64,000 nucleotides of DNA. Origin: Collinsella aerofaciens. GTDB lineage: Bacteria > Actinomycetota > Coriobacteriia > Coriobacteriales > Coriobacteriaceae. The translations under genes were made by a program, and so were the position numbers. The notes beneath the pieces were generated by a model. That model ran no database searches. It was not told where the DNA came from and worked only from the letters and a program-made list of their open reading frames with translations. Positions 47,674 through 57,543 of this stretch are shown here, one piece after another; position 1 is the first letter of the stretch; each line of letters opens with the position of its first letter. The stretch is from positions 2,915 through 66,914 of the forward strand of contig DBGFTB010000032.1 of assembly GCA_048532905.1 (NCBI GenBank). The letters are read 5' to 3'.

Positions 47674-50331
47674 ATGAGTGCTGACTACCCGTCAATGACT
47701 ACGGCCGAGATTCGCTCCAAGTTCCTCAACTTCTTTGAGGAGCGCGGTCTTAAGCTCTATCCTTCTTCGTCCCTCGTCCCCGACGATCCTTCGCTGCTGC
47801 TTGCCAACGCCGGCATGAACCAGTTTAAGGAGTACTACCAGGGCAAGAAGACCATGAAGGAGATCGGCGCTATCTCCTGCCAGAAGTGCGTCCGCACCAA
47901 CGACATCGATTGCATCGGCGAGGACGGCCGTCACCTGTCCTTCTTCGAGATGCTCGGCGACTTCTCCTTTGGCGGCGTCTCCAAGCAGCAGGCTTGCGCC
48001 TGGGCCTTTGAGCTCATCACCAAGGAGTTCAAGCTGCCGCTCGACCGCCTGTACTTTACCGTCTTTACCGAGGACGACGAGACCCACGACGTGTGGCGTT
48101 CTCTGGGCGTTGCCGAGGACCACATCTCCCGCCTGGGCGAGGACGACAACTTCTGGGCCGCTGGCCCCACTGGCCCCTGCGGTCCCTGCTCCGAGATCTA
48201 CTTTGACATGGGCGAGGAGGTCGGCTGCGGTAGTCCCGACTGCAAGCCCGGCTGCGACTGCGACCGCTTCCTGGAGTTCTGGAACCTCGTCTTTACCCAG
48301 TATGATCGCCAGGAGGACGGCTCCATGCCGGAGCTGCCGCACCGCAACCTCGATACGGGCATGGGCCTGGAGCGCATGGCCGCCATCATGCAGCACAAGA
48401 CCGCCAACTACGACGGCGACTTGATGCAGCATCTCATCAAGCTGGGCGAGAAGATTAGCGGCAAGACCTATGACGCCGACGATTACTCCGGCGCCAGCCG
48501 CTCCCTGCGTATCATCGCCGACCACTCCCGTGCCGTCGACTTTATGATCTCGGACGGCATCCTTCCCGGTAACGAGGGTCGCGAGTACGTCCTTCGCCGC
48601 CTGCTCCGTCGTGCCGTGTTCCACGGTCGCCTGCTGGGCATCGAGGGCGCCTTCCTGACCAAGTTCATCGACGAAGTCAACGCTCAGATGGGCGAGGCTT
48701 ATCCCGAGCTGCTCAAGAACGTCGCCCTCGTCAAGGGTATCGTCGCCTCCGAGGAGGAGCGCTTCTCCACGACGCTCGACAACGGCCGTGTTTACCTGGA
48801 CGAGGCCCTGGCAGCGCTTGCCGAGGGCGCTGTGCTTCCGGGCGACGTTGCCTTTAAGCTGCACGACACCTTTGGTTTCCCCATCGACCTGACCGTCGAG
48901 ATCGCCGGCACCGCTGGCCACGATGTCGATATGGACGGCTTCACTGCCTGCATGGAGGACCAGAAGGCCCGCGCCCGCGCCAATGCCAAAGGCGACGCCT
49001 GGGGCAGCTTCAACGACGTTTGGGTCGAGCTTTCCGACAAGGTCGCCGCGACTGAGTTCGACGGCTATGACAACGATGTGATCGAGGGCGCCAAGGTTGT
49101 TGCCATCGTGCGCAACGGCGAGTCCGTCGAGTCCGCTGCCGCCGGCGAGGACGTCGAGGTCGTTCTCGACCGCACTCCGTTCTATGCCGAGATGGGTGGC
49201 CAGCAGGGCGATGCCGGCGAGCTTTCCGCCGAGGGCGTTTCGCTGACCGTTTCCGATACCAAGAACCACAACGGCCTGTATGCTCACGTCGCCCACATTG
49301 CCGAGGGCACGCTGGCCGTCGGTGCTACCGTGACCGCCGCGCTCGACGCCGAGCGCCGTGGCTTCCTGCGCCGCAACCACACCGCCACGCACCTGCTCGA
49401 CGCCGCCCTTAAGCAGGTCCTGGGCGAGCACGTCTCCCAGGCCGGCTCGCTGGTGACGCCCGAGCACCTGCGCTTTGACTTTACGCACTTCGAGGCCCTG
49501 TCCTCCGAGCAGCTCAAGGCTGTCGAGGACCTGGTCAACCAGCAGATCTTCGCTTCCAAGCCGGTCGTGACCCGTGTCATGGGCATCGACGAGGCTAAGG
49601 CTGCCGGCGCTGTCGCCCTGTTTGGCGAGAAGTATGGCGACGTCGTCCGCGTTGTCTCCGTGGGCGCTGAGGACCAGCCGTTCTCCCGCGAACTCTGCGG
49701 TGGCACACACGCTGCCAACACCGCCGAGATCGGCCTGTTCAAGATCATTTCCGAGTCCTCCACGGGCTCCAATGTCCGCCGTATCGAGGCCGTGACCTCT
49801 AAGGGTGCCCTCGACTATATGGCCGACCGCCTGGCACTCGTTGACGCCGCCGCCGCTGCGCTCAAGTGCCGCGTCGACGAGGTTCCCGCCCGCGTGGAGA
49901 ACCTGCAGGCCGAGCTGCGCGAGACGTCCAACAAGCTCAAAAAGGCTCTGACCGGTGGCTCCTCCGACGCCATTTCCAGTGCCATCGAGGGTGCCGTCGA
50001 GCTCGGCGGCTACAAGCTAGTCGTCGCTGAGCTCCAGGGCCTTGAGGCTGCCGACCTGCGCAACGTATGGGATACCGTGCATCAGAAGGTCGCCGGCCCT
50101 GTCGCTTGTGTCGTCGCCAGCGTGACTGAGAAGGGCACTCCGGCCCTGCTCGCTGCCGGCTCCGATGACGCCGTCAAGGCCGGTTTCCACGCCGGTAACG
50201 TGATCAAGCAGATCGCGGGTCTGGTCGACGGTCGCGGTGGCGGTCGTCCCAACATGGCCCAGGCCGGTGGCAAGAATGCTGCCGGCATCGCCGATGCCCT
50301 CGCGGCCGCTAAGACCGCGCTCGGCGCCTAA
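47674..50331 (+). CDS. alaS: Alanine--tRNA ligase
   Basis: 'NAGMNQFK', 'FFEMLG', 'DTGMGLER', editing 'NHTATHLL' and 'ELCGGTH'. Confidence 0.98.
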   Translation: MSADYPSMTTAEIRSKFLNFFEERGLKLYPSSSLVPDDPSLLLANAGMNQFKEYYQGKKTMKEIGAISCQKCVRTNDIDCIGEDGRHLSFFEMLGDFSFGGVSKQQACAWAFELITKEFKLPLDRLYFTVFTEDDETHDVWRSLGVAEDHISRLGEDDNFWAAGPTGPCGPCSEIYFDMGEEVGCGSPDCKPGCDCDRFLEFWNLVFTQYDRQEDGSMPELPHRNLDTGMGLERMAAIMQHKTANYDGDLMQHLIKLGEKISGKTYDADDYSGASRSLRIIADHSRAVDFMISDGILPGNEGREYVLRRLLRRAVFHGRLLGIEGAFLTKFIDEVNAQMGEAYPELLKNVALVKGIVASEEERFSTTLDNGRVYLDEALAALAEGAVLPGDVAFKLHDTFGFPIDLTVEIAGTAGHDVDMDGFTACMEDQKARARANAKGDAWGSFNDVWVELSDKVAATEFDGYDNDVIEGAKVVAIVRNGESVESAAAGEDVEVVLDRTPFYAEMGGQQGDAGELSAEGVSLTVSDTKNHNGLYAHVAHIAEGTLAVGATVTAALDAERRGFLRRNHTATHLLDAALKQVLGEHVSQAGSLVTPEHLRFDFTHFEALSSEQLKAVEDLVNQQIFASKPVVTRVMGIDEAKAAGAVALFGEKYGDVVRVVSVGAEDQPFSRELCGGTHAANTAEIGLFKIISESSTGSNVRRIEAVTSKGALDYMADRLALVDAAAAALKCRVDEVPARVENLQAELRETSNKLKKALTGGSSDAISSAIEGAVELGGYKLVVAELQGLEAADLRNVWDTVHQKVAGPVACVVASVTEKGTPALLAAGSDDAVKAGFHAGNVIKQIAGLVDGRGGGRPNMAQAGGKNAAGIADALAAAKTALGA

Positions 50332-50348
50332 GAATCTAAGAAGTCGCT

Positions 50349-50777
50349 GTGGTTGCGCTCGCGCTGGACATAGGGGAGACCAGGATTGGCATCGCCGTCT
50401 CGAGCCGTGATGGCAAGATGGCGATGCCTGTCAAGGTGCTTCCGGCTGCCGAGGTCACCGGTATGGCCAAGACGTTCCGCTACCTGGTTGAGGACTATGA
50501 GCCCGACATCCTGGTAAGCGGACGTCCCCTGACCATGGCCGGTGAGCCCGGCCCTCAGGCCGAGCGCGTTGCCGCTGTGGCGCAAAAGATTGCCGACGAG
50601 CTCGATCTTCCGTTGGAGTTTGAGGACGAGCGTCTGTCCTCGCAAGAGGCTAAGCGTATCCTGCGCGAGCAGGGCCTCAACGAAAAGCAGATGAGGGGCA
50701 AGATCGACATGATTGCCGCCAGCCTGTTTTTGCAGACGTGGCTCGATCGTAAAAACGAGGAGGTTTCGCATGCCTAG
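50349..50777 (+). CDS. ruvX: YqgF/RuvX pre-16S rRNA nuclease
   Basis: 'ALDIGETRIGIAVS', 'DERLSS', 'IDMIAA'. Confidence 0.94.
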   Translation: MVALALDIGETRIGIAVSSRDGKMAMPVKVLPAAEVTGMAKTFRYLVEDYEPDILVSGRPLTMAGEPGPQAERVAAVAQKIADELDLPLEFEDERLSSQEAKRILREQGLNEKQMRGKIDMIAASLFLQTWLDRKNEEVSHA

Positions 50778-52155
50778 CGCTTCCGATCCGCGCCAGCAGA
50801 ATCGTACACGGCAGCCGGCGTCGCGCTCTGCCCAGCCTGGCCAGCGTCCGGCACAGCCGACGCAGCGTGCAGCTCAGCCTGCCGCGCGCCCGGCGCAGTC
50901 CTTCTCTCATTCGGCCCAACCTGTTCAACGGACGGGTCAGCAGCCTTCTGCTCGTTCGGCCCAGCCTGCAGGCGGTACCCGCTTTAAGCAGCAGGCATCT
51001 ACCCAGCGAGTGCAGGCCCCCCAGTCGCATTCGCATCACGCTCTCGGTTCCCACGGCGTTGCTCCGGCTACGCGCTCGAGCTATAACACGCACGTCCGCC
51101 GTGGTACACAAAAGAAAAGCTCCCCGGTGCCTATGATTGTCGGTGGCGTCGTCGCCGTGCTTGCGCTTGTCGCGATCGTTTTCTTTGTCGTGCCAGCCGT
51201 CAAGGGCTTCTTTGGCGGTGAGGATGCGAAAGTCGCTGCTGGCCAGCAAGTTACTATCACGATTCCCGACGGTGCCTCGGGCGATACTATCGCCTCGATT
51301 CTCTCTGAGAACCATATCGTCGAAAATCCCAAGGATTACTATGCGGCGGTGAAAAAGCTCAACGCGGATATGTCGCTCAAGCCTGGTGATTATTCGTTCA
51401 CTACACTCATGGATGCGACCAAGGTTGTTCAGCAGCTCATGGAAGGCCCCAACGCGGGCTCCAATGCGCTGACTATCCCTGAGGGCCTAACGGTCGATCA
51501 AGTCGCCGACCGTGTGGCCCAGGCCTACGACAGCATCTCTAAGGAAGACTTCCTCAACCAGGCCAAGGCCTCCAACTACGTTGACGACTATAGCTTCCTT
51601 AAGGGCGCCGCCAACGATTCGCTCGAGGGTTTCTTGTTCCCCAAGACCTATTCGCTGGGCGATTCGCCGACGGCCGATGACGTGATTCGCGCCATGCTCG
51701 ATCAGTTTAAGACCGAGTACAAGTCGCTTGACTTTGCGAGCTGCGAAGCCAAGATCAAGGAACGCTACGGCGTGGAGATGTCCGACTACGACATCGTCAA
51801 CTTGGCCTCTATCGTTGAGCGCGAGGGCCTCAACGCCGATCAACGTGCGCACGTGGCCTCGGTCTTCTACAACCGCCTTGCCGGCAAACTCGACGGTCTG
51901 CGCTATCTCAACAGCGATGCGACCATGATGTATGTCACCGGTGGCGAGGTTACCGCCGACGACCTGCAGAGCGATAGTCCGTATAACACCTATAAGCACG
52001 AGGGCCTACCGCCCACGCCCATCTGCTCTCCGTCGCTCGAGGCACTCAAGGCCACGCTTGAGCCGACCGACTCCGATGACCTGTATTTCTACATTACGCA
52101 GGACGAGGAGTACTTCTCGCAAACCTACGAAGAGCATCAACAGTCTTGGAATTAG
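50770..52155 (+). CDS. mltG: Endolytic transglycosylase MltG
   Basis: Q/P-rich cytoplasmic N-term, TM, 'LEGFLFPKTY', 'ASIVERE', 'SPYNTY...GLPPTPI'. Confidence 0.93.
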   Translation: MPSASDPRQQNRTRQPASRSAQPGQRPAQPTQRAAQPAARPAQSFSHSAQPVQRTGQQPSARSAQPAGGTRFKQQASTQRVQAPQSHSHHALGSHGVAPATRSSYNTHVRRGTQKKSSPVPMIVGGVVAVLALVAIVFFVVPAVKGFFGGEDAKVAAGQQVTITIPDGASGDTIASILSENHIVENPKDYYAAVKKLNADMSLKPGDYSFTTLMDATKVVQQLMEGPNAGSNALTIPEGLTVDQVADRVAQAYDSISKEDFLNQAKASNYVDDYSFLKGAANDSLEGFLFPKTYSLGDSPTADDVIRAMLDQFKTEYKSLDFASCEAKIKERYGVEMSDYDIVNLASIVEREGLNADQRAHVASVFYNRLAGKLDGLRYLNSDATMMYVTGGEVTADDLQSDSPYNTYKHEGLPPTPICSPSLEALKATLEPTDSDDLYFYITQDEEYFSQTYEEHQQSWN

Positions 52156-52156
52156 C

Positions 52157-52654
52157 ATGAGGATTTTTAGCCCCAAACGATACGTTGCCTCGGTCGATCG
52201 CATCGATCTCGATACCCTGTGGGCCGACGGCAAACGCGCCATTCTGCTCGATCGCGATAACACCCTGGTGCCGCGCGACACCGAGCAGGTCCCCGCCGCG
52301 ATTTCCGCTTGGCTCGACGCCGCCCGCGCCAAAGGCTTTAAGCTGTGCATGGTGTCCAATAACTGGCATCGCGACCAGGTCATGGCGTCGGCACGCGAGC
52401 TGGGACTCGAGGCCATCAGCCACGCCATGAAGCCGGCGCCGTTTGCCCTCAAGGCGGGTCTTAAGCGCCTCGGCGCCACGGCTGACGAGGCGGTGCTGAT
52501 CGGTGATCAGCTCTACACGGACGTGTGGAGCGGCAACTTCGCCGGCGTCGATACCATCCTGGTAAAGCCGCAGGCGACGCAGGACCTGTGGTATACGCAG
52601 ATCTTCCGTATCTTTGAGCGCCGGGCCCTGCGCGACCTTCCTTGCGAGGAATAG
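52157..52654 (+). CDS. yqeG: YqeG-family HAD IIIA phosphatase
   Basis: 'LLDRDNTLV', 'SNN', 'AMKP', 'IGDQLYTD'. Confidence 0.9.
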   Translation: MRIFSPKRYVASVDRIDLDTLWADGKRAILLDRDNTLVPRDTEQVPAAISAWLDAARAKGFKLCMVSNNWHRDQVMASARELGLEAISHAMKPAPFALKAGLKRLGATADEAVLIGDQLYTDVWSGNFAGVDTILVKPQATQDLWYTQIFRIFERRALRDLPCEE

Positions 52655-52662
52655 GTCTCGTC

Positions 52663-53196
52663 ATGTCCCAGCACATCAAACACGGCTGCGACCATATCTT
52701 CTTTATCGGCTTTTTGGGCGCGGGCAAGTCGACGCTTGCGCGCAACGTGGGCACCATGTTCAAGCGGCGTTTTATCGATACCGACCGTCTGGTCGTGCGC
52801 CGTTGCGGCAAGTCGGTAACCGAGATTTTTGAGACCGAGGGCGAGGATCGTTTTCGCGAGCTCGAGACCTCGGCGCTCCGTTCGCTCCAAAGCGAGCGCA
52901 GCCTGTTGGTTTCGTGCGGGGGCGGTATCGTCGAAACGACGGTGAATATTGAACTGATGCACGAAATGGGTACGTGCGTGTACCTCGAGGGCGACTTCGA
53001 GGATTCGATTCGACAGATTCGTCGGTCCGACACGCGCCCCGATTTCCGTTCGCCCGAGCATGCTGCGCGCCTGTTTGAGCATCGCCGTCCGCTGTATCGC
53101 CAGGCCGCCGACCTTACCCTTGATATTCGCAACAAGTCCTTCGAGGACGTTTCCTACCTTTGTGCCGAGATGCTTTTGGAGCGTGGGCTGCTATGA
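52663..53196 (+). CDS. aroK: Shikimate kinase
   Basis: 'GFLGAGKST', 'DTD', 'GEDRFRELE', 'CGGG', 'RRPLY'. Confidence 0.92.
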   Translation: MSQHIKHGCDHIFFIGFLGAGKSTLARNVGTMFKRRFIDTDRLVVRRCGKSVTEIFETEGEDRFRELETSALRSLQSERSLLVSCGGGIVETTVNIELMHEMGTCVYLEGDFEDSIRQIRRSDTRPDFRSPEHAARLFEHRRPLYRQAADLTLDIRNKSFEDVSYLCAEMLLERGLL

Positions 53197-54302
53197 TTCG
53201 CCGTCAACTGATCAATTTCCAAAACCGCAGCGTCGATGTCCGCGTCGGATTGGGCGCGTTCGATGAACTGTCGCGTATGTTTGCCTCGGCCGTGGGCAAG
53301 CCTAAGCGCGCGATGGTCGTTTGGAACACCGCCACATCCGAGCGTTTTGGTGAAGTCGTCGAGCATGCGCTGGTCGACGCCGGTTTTGCCGTGTCGCCGC
53401 TAGTCCTCGAGGTTTCGCCTGCTGGTGCCACGCTGGACGATGCCGATGCGATCTTTGGCGCCCTGTCTGCCAACGGCGTTACCTGCGACGATCTGGTTGT
53501 CGCCGTTGGCGATGCCGCAACCTGCTCGGTTGTTAGCTGGTGCGCCAACCAGTGGTGTGGCCGAACCGAGTGCGCGCTGCTGCCGACGACCTTCGACGCC
53601 ATGCTCACGGTCGCGACGACCATGAAGCCGCTCGTCGCCTCGCCGGCGAATGCGCTTCCCGCTATCGCGTTCCGTCCTGAGCCGGGCTTGGTCGTGTGTG
53701 ACCTCGACCTTGTTCGCGAGGCGGACCCCGAGTACCTCAAGTTCGGCTATGTGGTGCTTGTTGGCACCATGCTTTCGAGCAGCAAGTCCCGCTGGAATCA
53801 GTTTACTGAGACCGTTCCCGAGATTCTCGCGGGCGAGGAGGTCGCGCTCGTCAATGCAGTTCAATGGTCTCAGACTGCCCGCAAGGACGTACTGATGGCC
53901 ACGAACCCGAGCGCCCGCCATGCGCTCGATTTTGGCAAGACGGGGGAGCGTACCCTGCGCGCTTGCTTGGGCGATGCTGCTTCGCAGGTTCCTGCCTACC
54001 AGCTGTTGTCCGAGGGCATGCGCTTTGAGGCGCGCCTAGCACATGATGCCTGCGACTTCGATATCGATTACGTCTTTGAGGTCGATGACTGCCTAGAGGA
54101 CTTTGGTATCGAGGAACTTGCCCTCGATCTGGAGCCTGCCGCATATATCGAGGAGTTCCGCAGGCAGCAGTTCGCTCGCTCGAATCGCAGCATGCTGCCG
54201 CTGCCCGCGGCACTCGGCGCCATTCGCCTAACGAGCGTTGAGGACGAGGTTCTTGAGCGCCATGCTCACGCTTACTTGGCTTCTCGCAAAGAACTTCTCT
54301 AA
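53193..54302 (+). CDS. 3-dehydroquinate synthase-like protein lacking catalytic residues
   Basis: Follows aroK; DHQS length and residual 'LPTT', 'P..V..D', 'R..L.FG.T', 'GM' landmarks. Confidence 0.75.
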   Translation: MIRRQLINFQNRSVDVRVGLGAFDELSRMFASAVGKPKRAMVVWNTATSERFGEVVEHALVDAGFAVSPLVLEVSPAGATLDDADAIFGALSANGVTCDDLVVAVGDAATCSVVSWCANQWCGRTECALLPTTFDAMLTVATTMKPLVASPANALPAIAFRPEPGLVVCDLDLVREADPEYLKFGYVVLVGTMLSSSKSRWNQFTETVPEILAGEEVALVNAVQWSQTARKDVLMATNPSARHALDFGKTGERTLRACLGDAASQVPAYQLLSEGMRFEARLAHDACDFDIDYVFEVDDCLEDFGIEELALDLEPAAYIEEFRRQQFARSNRSMLPLPAALGAIRLTSVEDEVLERHAHAYLASRKELL

Positions 54303-54434
54303 GATTTATTGACATCCATCGTCTTTCGTATCATGTTGAGGGACGGGTTTCCAATCGGTTGCGGTTCGCATGCGATTCCGACGTTCGGTTGAGACCCGTC
54401 CCGCACTTTTTGAGACAATAAGAAAGGAATCTGC

Positions 54435-55565
54435 ATGTCTGAGTTTGCTGCCGGTCCTGCCGGTCGTATCGAACGTGTCCGTGCCCTGATGGTCGAGCGC
54501 GGCTACGACGCTATCGTGGTACGCGACGAGGCCAATCTTCGTTGGCTCACGGGCGTGAAGGGCGTCTTCGACTACACCTTCGAGTTCCCGCACGCGGCGT
54601 TTATTACGGCTGACCAGTGCCTGTTCCATACCGACTCGCGCTACCTCAACAGCTTTGAGGAGAACACGCCCGCCGGCAGCCCCTGGGTCTACGACATGGA
54701 CGAGGGCACCATCCCCGGTTGGGTCGCCGGCAAAATCGCGGCCAACAAGTGCCGCGTCTGCGCTGTCGAGGACGACATGCAGATCAACTTCTATCAGGGT
54801 ATTCAGCGTGGTCTGGAGGATCGTTCCGTTGCCTGCATGCTGCCGCTGATGCATGCCGACATTCGCAAGATGCGCGCCATCAAGGACGCCGAGGAGATCG
54901 AGCTCATGCGCCATGCGCAGTCGATCACCGACGCCGCCTTCCAGCACATGCTCGGCTTTATTAAGCCTGGTATGACCGAGAAGCAGGTTCGCAACGAGCT
55001 CGAGAACTTTATGTTCGCCAACGGCGCCGATAGCCTCGCCTTCGGCTCCATCGTGGCGAGCGGTCCCAACACCGCCAACCCGCATGCCGTGCCGAGCGAC
55101 CGCGTGATCGAGAAGGGCGATTTCGTTCTCATGGATTATGGCGCGGGTTATTGCGATTACCGCTCCGACATGACGCGCACTGTCGTGATGGGCGAGCCCA
55201 CCCAGGAGCAGCTCGACCTGTACGCACTCGTGCGCCGTACGCACGAGGAGTGCGTCGCCGCCATCCATCCGGGCGTTGAGGGCAACGACATTTTCAAGCT
55301 TTCCAAGAAGATCATCGGCGATGCCGGCTATGGCGATTACTACAACCATGGTCTGGGTCACGGCGTCGGTATCGACATCCACGAGCTGCCCAACTTTAAC
55401 CGCAGCAAGAACACCATCGCGATCGGCTCAGTTATCACCATGGAGCCCGGCGTGTACCTGCCCGGTGTGGGCGGCGTGCGCCTGGAGGACTACGGCGTCG
55501 TCACCGAGAACGGATATGAGCCCTTCACCAAGACCCCGCACGACCTGCACGTCATCGATTGCTAG
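54435..55565 (+). CDS. pepQ: Xaa-Pro aminopeptidase (M24B)
   Basis: 'TDSRY', 'DYGA...YRSDMTRT', '[13 protein letters not shown]', 'EPGVY', 'GVRLED'. Confidence 0.93.
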   Translation: MSEFAAGPAGRIERVRALMVERGYDAIVVRDEANLRWLTGVKGVFDYTFEFPHAAFITADQCLFHTDSRYLNSFEENTPAGSPWVYDMDEGTIPGWVAGKIAANKCRVCAVEDDMQINFYQGIQRGLEDRSVACMLPLMHADIRKMRAIKDAEEIELMRHAQSITDAAFQHMLGFIKPGMTEKQVRNELENFMFANGADSLAFGSIVASGPNTANPHAVPSDRVIEKGDFVLMDYGAGYCDYRSDMTRTVVMGEPTQEQLDLYALVRRTHEECVAAIHPGVEGNDIFKLSKKIIGDAGYGDYYNHGLGHGVGIDIHELPNFNRSKNTIAIGSVITMEPGVYLPGVGGVRLEDYGVVTENGYEPFTKTPHDLHVIDC

Positions 55566-55724
55566 CCCATTTCGATAGATTTTTGGGGCGGGGCGTCCGA
55601 AATGATTCGGGCGCCCCGCGTTCTCTTTTTATGCGCTCGCTGCAGGCGCCGTCTGCAAGTGTATAATTTCGGTCGTATGTAATTTGGACGCTTGTGCGTT
55701 CTGCCCATAACAAGAAAGGTCGCT

Positions 55725-56288
55725 ATGCCTACCATTTCTACCGCCGACTTCAAGAACGGCCTCGGTCTCCGCATTAAGGACAAGGTCTACACCATCGTCG
55801 AGTTCCAGCATGTCAAGCCGGGCAAGGGCGGCGCGTTTGTGCGCTACAAGACCCGCGACATCAAGAGCGGCCGCGTCGTCGAGAACACCTGCAACGCCGG
55901 CACCAAGTTCGAGAGCGTCATGCTCACCACCCGTGAGTTCCAGTACCTCTACAACGATGGTACCGACTACATCTTCATGGACAATGAGTCCTATGAGCAG
56001 GTTCCCGTTCCCGAGGACATGGTGGGCGAGAACTCCAAGTGGCTGCGCGAGAATGACATCTGCCAGCTGCTCTTCGCCGACGATGAGCTCATGGGCGTGA
56101 CCCCGCCGATGTTCATCGAGACCACCATCGTCCAGACCGACCCGGGCTTTAAGGGCGATACCGTCCAGGGTTCCACCAAGCCGGCCACGATCGACACCGG
56201 CGCTGTCATCCAGGTCCCCATGTACCTCAACGAGGGCGAGGTCATCAAGGTTGACACCCGCGACGGCAAGTTCGTCTCCCGCGTTTAG
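55725..56288 (+). CDS. efp: Elongation factor P
   Basis: 'QHVKPGKGGAFVR', 'PGFKGDT', 'IKVDTRDG'. Confidence 0.98.
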   Translation: MPTISTADFKNGLGLRIKDKVYTIVEFQHVKPGKGGAFVRYKTRDIKSGRVVENTCNAGTKFESVMLTTREFQYLYNDGTDYIFMDNESYEQVPVPEDMVGENSKWLRENDICQLLFADDELMGVTPPMFIETTIVQTDPGFKGDTVQGSTKPATIDTGAVIQVPMYLNEGEVIKVDTRDGKFVSRV

Positions 56289-56312
56289 CAACCAACTCTT
56301 CTAGGAGGACTC

Positions 56313-56675
56313 ATGCCCCAAGAAATCAAGATTGACGGCATCGGCATTTCGCCCGATGTTCTGACCGCCATCGTCTCGCGCGCCGTGTCCGATGTCGAGG
56401 GCATCGCCTCCGTTGGCGTCAAGGACCTTGCCACTAATCTTGTCTCCATGATGCTCTCGTCCAAGGCCCCGGCTTCCGAGCCGGCTGTCGAGGCCGAGGT
56501 CGTTGGCGACAAGCTCGCACTCACCGTGCGTGTCGTGGTGTTCTTTGGCTATCCGTTCAAGAAACTCGCCGAGGCCGTTCGCGCTGCCGTGGTCGCTGCC
56601 ATCGATGCCCAGGTTGGCGTTGAGGTTGAGCGTGTTGACGTTTGCATCGACGGCCTCGTTTTCCCCAAGGAGTAA
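56313..56675 (+). CDS. Asp23/Gls24 family protein (YqhY-like)
   Basis: 'ISPDVLTAIV..AV.DVEGI', 'VDVCIDG'; between efp and nusB; AGGAGG RBS. Confidence 0.88.
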   Translation: MPQEIKIDGIGISPDVLTAIVSRAVSDVEGIASVGVKDLATNLVSMMLSSKAPASEPAVEAEVVGDKLALTVRVVVFFGYPFKKLAEAVRAAVVAAIDAQVGVEVERVDVCIDGLVFPKE

Positions 56676-56678
56676 CCT

Positions 56679-57266
56679 TTGAGCCTTAAGGTTTATCGCG
56701 GGCGTACGCTTGCCCGCAGTCAGGCGCTGCAGCTGCTGTTCCAGGCCGAGGCCACGGACAGCCCGCTCGAGCGCGTCCTCGAGGGTGATTTCCTGATCTC
56801 GAAGGGTCCCCTCGACCCCTATGCGCTGGAGCTGTGCCGCGGTGCCTACGAGCATATCGACCGCATCGACTGCGCTCTGCGCTCCGTTGCCAAGAACTGG
56901 GATCTTATGCGCATGCCCGGTGCCGACCGCAATCTGCTGCGTATCGCCGTTTACGAGATGCGTTTCCTCACCGACGAGGAGGTCTCGGACGCCATCGTGA
57001 TCAACGAGGCCGTCGAGCTTGCCAAGGCCTATGGCACCGACCAGTCCGCGTCGTTCGTCAACGGCGTGCTGGGCAAGATCGCTCGCAGCGAGGAGCTGCC
57101 GGGCGAGGACCTATACCAGGAGCTGCTGGCCGAGGATCGCGCTCGCGAGGAGGCACAGGCTGCCGAGGCTGCCGCTAAGGTTGCGGTTGCCCAGGCTGAG
57201 GCTGGTGTGTTGGCCGAGGATGCGGACGCTGCTGAGGCCGTCGAGGCCGACTCCGTCGAGGAGTAG
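56679..57266 (+). CDS. nusB: Transcription antitermination factor NusB
   Basis: 'ARSQALQLLFQ', 'DRNLLRIAVYE', 'INEAVELAK', 'FVNGVL'. Confidence 0.96.
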   Translation: MSLKVYRGRTLARSQALQLLFQAEATDSPLERVLEGDFLISKGPLDPYALELCRGAYEHIDRIDCALRSVAKNWDLMRMPGADRNLLRIAVYEMRFLTDEEVSDAIVINEAVELAKAYGTDQSASFVNGVLGKIARSEELPGEDLYQELLAEDRAREEAQAAEAAAKVAVAQAEAGVLAEDADAAEAVEADSVEE

Positions 57267-57268
57267 CC

Positions 57269-57508
57269 ATGCCAGAGGGTTCTGTCCGTAACTTTGATGA
57301 GATTTCGGACCGTCTGGATCAGATCATCGCTACCGTTCGCTCCAAGGATACCTCCTTGGAGCGTTCGCTCGATTTGTTTGACGAAGCGATTGAGCTGGGC
57401 TCCCGCGCGGTCGATATGGTCGACAAGTTTGAGTTGACGCCGCGTGAGGCCGACAAGCTCGAGCAGGAATACGATGAGGATGCGGCAAACGAATCCCAGG
57501 ATAGCTAG
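57269..57508 (+). CDS. xseB: Exodeoxyribonuclease VII small subunit
   Basis: 'FDEISDRLDQII......SLERSLDLFDEAIEL'. Confidence 0.82.
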   Translation: MPEGSVRNFDEISDRLDQIIATVRSKDTSLERSLDLFDEAIELGSRAVDMVDKFELTPREADKLEQEYDEDAANESQDS

Positions 57509-57543
57509 GCCGCATCTCCGGATACGAATGGTTGATGGCATTC

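Noticed and set aside
50770..51120. Q/P/A/R-rich repeats at the mltG 5' end
   Set aside because: Typical disordered cytoplasmic N-terminus of Gram-positive MltG.
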